Assembly (NCBI GenBank): GCA_964640155.1
Contig: CAZXEQ010000006.1
Span: forward strand, 177,264 to 186,344
DNA: 9,081 nucleotides
Direction: 5' to 3'
DNA from: an uncultured bacterium
GTDB taxonomy: Bacteria; Auribacterota; JACPWU01
Shown here: piece by piece, positions 1-5,814 of the stretch
Layout: the number at the start of each line of letters is the position of its first letter
How positions within the stretch are numbered: the first letter of the stretch is position 1
Program-made: the position numbers and the translations under genes
Notes under the pieces: generated by a model
What the model was told of the DNA's origin: nothing
Seen by the model: only the letters and a program-made list of their open reading frames with translations
Database searches by the model: none

Positions 1-64
1 TCACCACTCCCATACCAATCAGGAGAAGCGCAATAAAAAAAATGGCATAGGCTGTCTTTTGCAT
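1..64 (-). CDS. ftsW: 5' end of a SEDS-family cell-division protein (FtsW-like), truncated by the window edge
   Basis: Minus-strand ATG at 62..64 reads MQKTAYAIFFIALLLIGMGVV..., a short polar N-terminus running into a hydrophobic helix as in FtsW/SpoVE. A weak SD (AAAGGT, 69..74) lies 4 nt upstream. Position directly after murD matches the canonical dcw order. Only 21 codons are visible. Confidence 0.55.
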   Translation of the reverse strand, partial: MQKTAYAIFFIALLLIGMGVV

Positions 65-103
65 TTTTACCTTTAGTTAAAACACCGATATTGTATATAG
101 AAA

Positions 104-217
104 TGTGTCATTTAAAAAAGTGGCGGGTCCTGCTGCTCGTCAGCCCCACCGTGCTCATCAAAAGTTGCGCGCGGTGGGGCTCCCCGCCTCGCATCACCCG
201 CATCTATGAATGACACA
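104..217. repeat. GC-rich, inverted-repeat-bounded palindromic element A in the murD-ftsW spacer
   Basis: The 9-nt terminal inverted repeat tgtgtcatt (104..112) pairs with aatgacaca (209..217). Nested helices are ggcggg (122..127)/cccgcc (183..188) and agccccaccg (142..151)/cggtggggct (172..181). The core 121..200 is 56/80 G+C (70%) by hand count, against about 37% in flanking coding DNA. Confidence 0.6.
114..188 (-). terminator. Candidate intrinsic terminator/attenuator downstream of murD (minus-strand sense)
   Basis: On the minus strand, the long GC-rich hairpin (base helix 183..188/122..127, distal 10-bp helix 172..181/142..151) is followed by AC and then a U6 run (complement of A6 at 114..119). 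The hairpin is longer and more interrupted than a textbook terminator, and a 2-nt spacer precedes the U tract. Confidence 0.35.
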
Positions 218-232
218 CTTTCCTGCACACGA

Positions 233-1597
233 TCAAACCGTTGCTAACCGATAACTTTCTTGAACCCATTTCTTAAATAAGCTTCCTCGCTCTTCAAAAT
301 TTTTAAACTGATCAAAACTCGCACATCCAGGAGAGAGTAAAATGTTATCTTGAGCCTTCACTCTTTCTCGAATTTGAATTATCGTATCTTTCAAAAGATG
401 ATGATGAAAAGAAGGGCAAACATCCTTAAAACATGCTTCCAATTTTGAAGCAGCTTCTCCATAAAAATGAGCTTCTCTTACTTTTTCTTTAACCAAATTT
501 TTAAGCAAACTAAAATCTCCGCTCTTTAGTCGCCCTCCAGCAATCCAAACAACAGGCTTAGAAAATGCCTCCAAAGCTGAACGTACTGCATCAACACTCG
601 TAGCTTTAGAATCATTCACCCATTGAACATTTTCCCAGTTTCCAAATTTTTCCTGACGATGCTCCAATCCTAAAAAATTTTTCACTGTTTCTCGAATACA
701 GGAAATAGAGGCCCCAGCTAAAAGCGACGCAGCTGAAGCAAACATAACATTTTCTAAATAATGTGTCCCTGGTAATGGAATCTCCTCAACAGGCAAAATA
801 CTTTTAATACCTTCATTAGGTAAACGGGTACGAATCCACCCATCTTCCACAAAAATTCCTACTTTCTCCTGTTGCGTTGCATTCACGAAAAGAGCAGGTG
901 TATTGGACTTAAGAAGAGAATCAATAGAACGATTCAGAATCAACCAATCTTTTTGAGACTGATTTTTATAAATATTTTTCTTTGCTTGAGCATACTCTTG
1001 CATTGATGCATATCGGTCTAAGTGATTGTTCGAAAGATTCAATATAAGACTTATCCAAGGATGGAAAATCTCAACCTTTTCCAATTGAAAAGAACTTACT
1101 TCTAACACCCAAACTTCAACATCCGTATCCTCCACAACCGCTCTTGAAAAACTCCGTCCAATATTTCCAGCCAAACTTGTTTGAATCCCTTGATTTTTTA
1201 AAATTTTCCAAAGAAGAGTGGAAGTTGTACTTTTCCCATTACTCCCCGTAATAGCAATTATTTTTCCAGAAGCAAATTGACTAGCAAAATCTAATTCTCC
1301 CCATACAGGAATATGAGCCTCTTGAAGCCATTGAAGAATAGGAGCTTGAGGAGGAATACCTGGGCTTACAATCGCAAAATTGACTCCTTGAAAAAAATCT
1401 TTTGAATGATTTCCAAGTTCTATTTCAACATCTTGTGTGGGCAATAGCTTAAGGTATTCTTGAAGCATTTCTTCTCTACAACTTGAATCTGTAATGCGTA
1501 CATGAGCTCCCAAAGATTTTAAAAGAAGTGTTGCACCAAGACCAGATTCACCACATCCAATAACTAAAGCTGTTTTACCTTTTATTGATAACGACAT
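233..1597 (-). CDS. murD: UDP-N-acetylmuramoyl-L-alanine--D-glutamate ligase
   Basis: This 454-aa ORF has the N-terminal Rossmann-like GCGESGLG motif and the Mur ligase P-loop ITGSNGKSTT. It also has VLEVSSFQL, NLSNNHLDRY, NDSKATS and C-terminal SPGCASFDQFKNFEERG. Synteny after mraY fits. TGA stop at 233..235. Confidence 0.95.
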   Translation of the reverse strand: MSLSIKGKTALVIGCGESGLGATLLLKSLGAHVRITDSSCREEMLQEYLKLLPTQDVEIELGNHSKDFFQGVNFAIVSPGIPPQAPILQWLQEAHIPVWGELDFASQFASGKIIAITGSNGKSTTSTLLWKILKNQGIQTSLAGNIGRSFSRAVVEDTDVEVWVLEVSSFQLEKVEIFHPWISLILNLSNNHLDRYASMQEYAQAKKNIYKNQSQKDWLILNRSIDSLLKSNTPALFVNATQQEKVGIFVEDGWIRTRLPNEGIKSILPVEEIPLPGTHYLENVMFASAASLLAGASISCIRETVKNFLGLEHRQEKFGNWENVQWVNDSKATSVDAVRSALEAFSKPVVWIAGGRLKSGDFSLLKNLVKEKVREAHFYGEAASKLEACFKDVCPSFHHHLLKDTIIQIRERVKAQDNILLSPGCASFDQFKNFEERGSLFKKWVQESYRLATV

Positions 1598-1605
1598 TAC
1601 TACTA

Positions 1606-1612
1606 TCCTCTT
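1606..1612 (-). promoter_or_regulatory. Shine-Dalgarno site for murD
   Basis: Minus-strand AAGAGGA lies 8 nt upstream of the murD ATG (1595..1597). Confidence 0.7.
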
Positions 1613-1624
1613 ACTATAATGATA

Positions 1625-1777
1625 CGAAACCTCTCAAAAAGACTCAGACATGCGTTTATAGTCCCCGTTAGGGGATGCAGGCGTACGCAAGCGCCTGCGG
1701 AGGCGTACATCTTTAAGTACGCCGCACAAAGAAGCAAAGCGGACAACGCAGCAGATGAGCTTTTTTCAGAGGTTTCG
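1625..1777. repeat. GC-rich, inverted-repeat-bounded multi-hairpin element B in the mraY-murD spacer
   Basis: The terminal inverted repeat cgaaacctct (1625..1634)/agaggtttcg (1768..1777) is extended after one mismatch by A5 (1636..1640)/T6 (1761..1766). Internal hairpins are tcccc-gtta-gggga (1662..1675), gcaggcg/cgcctgc (1677..1683/1692..1698) and ggcgtac/gtacgcc (1702..1708/1717..1723). The core 1651..1760 is 62/110 G+C (56%) by hand count. Confidence 0.6.
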
Positions 1778-1779
1778 TC

Positions 1780-2877
1780 TTATCTCAATTTTAAAGACCC
1801 TAAACTGATTAGGGCGAATATCAACGCTAAAATCCAAAATCGAATCGTTACTTTTGTTTCAGCCCATCCCTTCACTTCAAAATGATGGTGCAAAGGAGCC
1901 ACACGAAAAATTCTCTTTCCTGTTAATTTAAATGAAGCCACCTGTAAAATAACAGATAAAGCTTCCATCACAAATACACCTCCCACCAGAAAAAGCGTAA
2001 ACTCCTGCTTTAAAAGGATGGCTATCACTCCCAATCCCCCTCCAAGAGCCAACGAGCCCGTATCTCCCATAAAAACTTGAGCAGGATAGGCATTGTACCA
2101 GAGAAAACCTAATCCCGCTCCTAGCATCGCTGCACAAAAAACGGTCAATTCTCCTGCTCCCGGAACATGCTGAATTTGTAAATACAAGGCAAATTTAGCA
2201 TTCCCTATCAAATAGGCCAATATACCAAAAACAAATGCCGCTACACTCACACAACCAATAGCCAAACCATCTAAACCATCCGTCAAATTAACCGCATTTG
2301 AGGCTCCCACAAAAACACCTATCAATAAAAGAATGTAGAAAAGTCCTAAATCAATCATCACATTCTTAACAAAAGGAATATAAACATAGCTCATAAAGGG
2401 TTGAAGTTGTGTTTGAGTTCGCATAAAAATCCACAATCCTATGGCCATGGATATTTGAACAAGAAATTTTCCTTTGGCATGCAAACCTAAAGATCTCTTA
2501 TTTTTAAGTTTGAGATAATCATCCCATCCACCTAAAAGTCCCAAGCCAAGCACACAAAAAAACGTAATCCATATCCACTGATTCGTAAGATCTGCCCAAA
2601 GAAGCACACTCAAAAAAACAGAACATAAAATCAAAGCTCCGCCCATCGTAGGCGTTCCTTCTTTGGTACGATGAAGAGCAAATAGAGGAAGACATTCTTC
2701 TTTTCGAATGTTTTGACCTACACGTAAAGAGTAAAGCTTACGAATGACCATGGGACCTAAAACAATCGTTAAAAGAAGAGCTGTCGCTGCAGCTCCCGCT
2801 GCTCGGAAAGTAATGTATCGAAAAACATTAAAGCCAAAGAAATATTCCCTAAGAGGATAAAGTAAATGATAAAGCAT
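1780..2877 (-). CDS. mraY: Phospho-N-acetylmuramoyl-pentapeptide transferase
   Basis: This 365-aa polytopic membrane protein carries the MraY motifs FNVFRYITFRA, TPTMGG, WDDYLKL, NAVNLTDGLDGLA, FMGDTGSLALGG and APLHHHFE. TAA stop at 1780..1782. Confidence 0.97.
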   Translation of the reverse strand: MLYHLLYPLREYFFGFNVFRYITFRAAGAAATALLLTIVLGPMVIRKLYSLRVGQNIRKEECLPLFALHRTKEGTPTMGGALILCSVFLSVLLWADLTNQWIWITFFCVLGLGLLGGWDDYLKLKNKRSLGLHAKGKFLVQISMAIGLWIFMRTQTQLQPFMSYVYIPFVKNVMIDLGLFYILLLIGVFVGASNAVNLTDGLDGLAIGCVSVAAFVFGILAYLIGNAKFALYLQIQHVPGAGELTVFCAAMLGAGLGFLWYNAYPAQVFMGDTGSLALGGGLGVIAILLKQEFTLFLVGGVFVMEALSVILQVASFKLTGKRIFRVAPLHHHFEVKGWAETKVTIRFWILALIFALISLGSLKLR

Positions 2878-2884
2878 TTGTTGA

Positions 2885-2890
2885 TCCTTT
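2885..2890 (-). promoter_or_regulatory. Shine-Dalgarno site for mraY
   Basis: Minus-strand AAAGGA lies 7 nt upstream of the mraY ATG (2875..2877). Confidence 0.6.
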
Positions 2891-2917
2891 GTTCTTACTT
2901 ATAACGAATAGACTATC

Positions 2918-4357
2918 TTATAATGTTGAAGCTGAAGGCGAATCATTTTTTTGAAATTTCTTAATAAGTCCTTCTACAATCCTTTCCATACCCATAGCCC
3001 TGGAACCTTTTACCAAAACTGCATCTGAACTTTCTATTAAGTTTTCAAGACAATGTCGAACCTCTTCATGTGTTTCAAAAGAAAAACTTATTGGCCTTGA
3101 AAAACCTTTCTTTTTAATCATTTGAGTTAATCCACTGGATAGAGAACCTAAAGTCACTAAATAATCAACTCCCGAGCGTATCACATCATCAACCAATTCT
3201 TCATGCAAACGAATTTCTTCTTCTCCCAATTCCAACATATCTCCAAAAACAAAAATCTTTTTCCCCTCTACAGACATCAACTGAAAAGACTCCAACGCCG
3301 AGCGAACAGACTGAGGATTAGCGTTATAACAATCATTGATAAAATAAATACCCTGGCATTGAGTCACATCCCATCTCATTTTGGGAAGCTTAAGATTAAG
3401 CGCCTTTTGAATCATAGAATCCCAAGACACCCCTAAAGCATGGGCCATGAGCATGGCGGCCAAACAATTATATACTTGATGCAATCCTAAAAATGGAATT
3501 TTAACAACACCAACTTCTTCTCCTTCAAAAATCAAACAAAACTGCGTGGTTTGATTTTTTAAAAACTCTATTCGTGATGCTCGCAACATCCCATCTTCAT
3601 AAATTCCAAAACTCCATAATTTCTTAGAACTTTTTTTTGCCTGCTTTCTTAATAAGGAGTCATCTTCATTATAAATCCCAAGCTGGCTGTTTTGTGATTC
3701 AATCAATGTCCACTTCTCAGAAAGAACTCCCTCCACATTCTTTAACATTTTTAAATGGGCAGAACCAATATTCAAAACAACACTGATGGTTGGTAAAGCA
3801 AGAGAAGCAAGCTTGGAAATTTCACCGAAAGAACTAGTCCCCATTTCAAGTATACAAGTTTGATGATGGGATTTTAATTGAAGAAGTGTCAAAGGAACAC
3901 CTAAATGATTATTGAGCGTTCCCTCATTTTTTAGAGAAGGGCCTAATTCTTCAAAAAAAACATGTGCCATGTCTTTTGTTGTTGTCTTACCACAAGACCC
4001 TGTCACTCCTACAATAGGAATCAAAAATTGTTTGCGATAATTTTGAGCCAATATTTGAATGGCTTCTAATCCATCATTTGTTTTCGCAAGCACAACTCCT
4101 CTTCTTCGAAATAAATGAATCAGTTCTTCATTTAACGCCCCACTTGCAAGTACTCCAGAAGCCCCTTTTTCTAAAACTTCTTTCAAAAATTGATTGCCAT
4201 CAAAATGAGGACCTTTTAAGGCAACAAAAAGATCTCCGTTTTTAATCGTTCTAGAATCTGTCGAAATACCTGAAAATAGAGTGCTCTTTGCTCCAAGCAC
4301 ATGCTCACTTTTTGTCCAATTTAATACATCTAAAAAAGAACATCGAAAATCGCTCAT
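2918..4357 (-). CDS. murF: UDP-N-acetylmuramoyl-tripeptide--D-alanyl-D-alanine ligase
   Basis: This 479-aa ORF has the N-terminal STDSRTIKNGDLFVALKG motif and the P-loop GVTGSCGKTTTKD. It also has EMGTSSFGEI, NDCYNANPQS and GDMLELG. Its ATG (4355..4357) overlaps the murE stop as ATGA. Confidence 0.95.
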   Translation of the reverse strand: MSDFRCSFLDVLNWTKSEHVLGAKSTLFSGISTDSRTIKNGDLFVALKGPHFDGNQFLKEVLEKGASGVLASGALNEELIHLFRRRGVVLAKTNDGLEAIQILAQNYRKQFLIPIVGVTGSCGKTTTKDMAHVFFEELGPSLKNEGTLNNHLGVPLTLLQLKSHHQTCILEMGTSSFGEISKLASLALPTISVVLNIGSAHLKMLKNVEGVLSEKWTLIESQNSQLGIYNEDDSLLRKQAKKSSKKLWSFGIYEDGMLRASRIEFLKNQTTQFCLIFEGEEVGVVKIPFLGLHQVYNCLAAMLMAHALGVSWDSMIQKALNLKLPKMRWDVTQCQGIYFINDCYNANPQSVRSALESFQLMSVEGKKIFVFGDMLELGEEEIRLHEELVDDVIRSGVDYLVTLGSLSSGLTQMIKKKGFSRPISFSFETHEEVRHCLENLIESSDAVLVKGSRAMGMERIVEGLIKKFQKNDSPSASTL

Positions 4358-5814
4358 GCAATCTGCCTTAAAGAAAGTTCTTTTACAATACCCACATCAT
4401 CAAAAGGAAATCTTGAAAGGCCAATCTCTTGAAATTTTTCATGACCTTTACCCGCAATTAAAATCAAATCCCCTGGTCTAGCCCAGCCTAAAGCAAACTC
4501 AATTGCTGCTTTGCGATCTAGAATTGTTTGAAAAGAAATCTTTGTCTCTTTCAATCCTTTTTCAATTTCTTCTGCAATATCTTTGGGGTCCTCACTACGT
4601 GGATTATCAGAGGTGACAATAGCAAAATCTGAATACTGCCCCACCACCTTTCCCATTTTAGGTCGTTTCCCTTTATCCCGATCTCCGCCACATCCAAAAA
4701 GGGTTAAAAGACGTCCTTTCACTATAGGCCTTAATGTCATTAAAACATTTTTTAATGCATCTTCTGTATGCGCATAATCTACCACCACATGGAAAGGTAC
4801 TTCAATTTTTACAAACTCCATACGTCCAGGAACACTGTGAAAATTTTCCAGAGAATGTTTTATTTTTTCTATATCTAATTTCATGGCCCAGCCCACAGAA
4901 AAAGCAGCCAATAAATTCAAAATATTAAATTGACCAATCAGCTTTGAATGAATTTTTAATTTACCTTGTGGAAAAATAATTTCAAAATCGCTTCCCTTTG
5001 CACTTAAATTAACATTTTGTGCACGCACCATGGCCTTTGAAGAAAAACCATAACTGACCCATTGAGCAGGTGTTTGATTTTGAAGTCTAACCCCGAAAGC
5101 ATCATCGATATTCACCACGGCAAAAGAATGAGACGTCAGTCTGCTAAATAAAAGCGACTTTGCATGAAAATAATTTTCTAAATCATGATGATAATCCAAA
5201 TGATCTTGAGTCAAGTTAGTAAAAACTGCTCCATCAAAATCAACACCTCTTACTCTATCTTGATCAAGCGCATGACTAGAAACCTCCATCACACAAGATT
5301 GACATCCTCTTTCAATCATTTCGCGTAAAAATTTCTGAATATCAAGTGATTCTGGAGTTGTCCGTTCAGAAGGAATCAATCGATCCCCAATCTTATAATG
5401 AATGGTACCTAACAACCCTGGCCTTAAACCCTGATCCCTCAAAATAGCTTCAATTAAGAACCCCACTGTTGTCTTTCCATTCGTTCCCGTCACACCTATC
5501 ATCTTGAGTTGTTGACTTGGATTCTGATAAAAAAGATTTGCTGCATCTGCCAAAAAATGACGTGCATTTTTAACCAAAATATAGGGAACCTTTCCTGAAT
5601 GAGCCCCTTCTTCTTCAACACAAAGGACCTTTGCTCCTCGATTCAAAGCCTCATCTACAAAAACTAAACCGTCATTATGTGTCCCTTGCCAAGTTACAAA
5701 AATATCTCCGGGTTTCACTTTTCGTGAGTCATAGGCAAGTCCAGAAATAGAAATATTCGAATCTCCACTTGTCTTCAAAATTTCTAATCCTTGAATCAGT
5801 TGATTCAACTTCAT
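4354..5814 (-). CDS. murE: UDP-N-acetylmuramoyl-L-alanyl-D-glutamate--2,6-diaminopimelate ligase
   Basis: This 486-aa ORF has YDSRKVKPGDIFV, the P-loop GVTGTNGKTT, VMEVSSHAL, FTNLTQDHLDYH, GCGGDRDKGKRP and the DNPR motif (4597..4608, GAT AAT CCA CGT on the minus strand). Its ATG (5812..5814) overlaps the ftsI stop as ATGA. Confidence 0.96.
   Translation of the reverse strand: MKLNQLIQGLEILKTSGDSNISISGLAYDSRKVKPGDIFVTWQGTHNDGLVFVDEALNRGAKVLCVEEEGAHSGKVPYILVKNARHFLADAANLFYQNPSQQLKMIGVTGTNGKTTVGFLIEAILRDQGLRPGLLGTIHYKIGDRLIPSERTTPESLDIQKFLREMIERGCQSCVMEVSSHALDQDRVRGVDFDGAVFTNLTQDHLDYHHDLENYFHAKSLLFSRLTSHSFAVVNIDDAFGVRLQNQTPAQWVSYGFSSKAMVRAQNVNLSAKGSDFEIIFPQGKLKIHSKLIGQFNILNLLAAFSVGWAMKLDIEKIKHSLENFHSVPGRMEFVKIEVPFHVVVDYAHTEDALKNVLMTLRPIVKGRLLTLFGCGGDRDKGKRPKMGKVVGQYSDFAIVTSDNPRSEDPKDIAEEIEKGLKETKISFQTILDRKAAIEFALGWARPGDLILIAGKGHEKFQEIGLSRFPFDDVGIVKELSLRQIA

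Noticed and set aside
65-103. An AT-rich stretch with TATA-like hexamers (tatata/tacaat on the minus strand) upstream of ftsW could be an internal promoter.
   Set aside because: The best -35-like hexamer (ATGACA) is only about 10 nt from the -10-like hexamers, far from the 16-18 nt spacing required. AT-rich spacers produce such matches by chance.
136-160. Hammerhead-ribozyme-like core strings occur on the minus strand of element A: CUGACGAG (complement of 136..143) and UGAUGAG (complement of 154..160).
   Set aside because: CUGACGA fits the CUGANGA consensus. However, no correctly placed GAAA box with complementary stem II/III strands could be built in any of the three circular permutations. 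The nearby GGAAAG (about 220..226) is not flanked by sequence complementary to the segment after CUGACGA. CGAAAC in element B lies inside the closing helix. These are treated as chance matches.
1603-1710. A 35-codon minus-strand ORF (MYASAGACVRLHPLTGTINACLSLFERFRIIIVRG) lies within element B and ends over the murD SD.
   Set aside because: It has no SD upstream and is short. Its frame is made of the hairpin arms themselves, and it would terminate on top of the murD ribosome-binding site. There is no support for coding.
104-1777. Elements A and B might be two copies of one repeat family.
   Set aside because: By eye, in both orientations, they share only two 7-mers (gctcatc and ctgctgc) in different order, which is roughly chance expectation for sequences of this size. 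Their terminal inverted repeats are unrelated. They share architecture (IR arm followed by an A-run and a GC-rich core) but not sequence.
1619-1885. An 88-aa plus-strand ORF starts inside element B and runs antisense into the 3' end of mraY.
   Set aside because: No SD precedes its ATG (ctcttactataATG). Its first half is just the GC-rich palindromic element read through, and its second half is antisense to the well-supported mraY CDS. The sequence has no recognisable family features. It is most likely a chance open frame.
1928-2137. A 69-aa minus-strand ORF lies in an alternative frame inside mraY.
   Set aside because: It is fully embedded in the strongly supported mraY frame, is Cys/Gly-rich with low complexity, and has no start context. 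It is an overlapping-frame artefact.
3203-4928. Plus-strand ORFs of 64-77 aa (3203..3436, 4281..4481, 4583..4777, 4734..4928) lie antisense to murF and murE.
   Set aside because: These are shadow ORFs opposite highly conserved coding frames. They lack SD sites and have basic, low-complexity composition typical of antisense reading of AT-rich genes.
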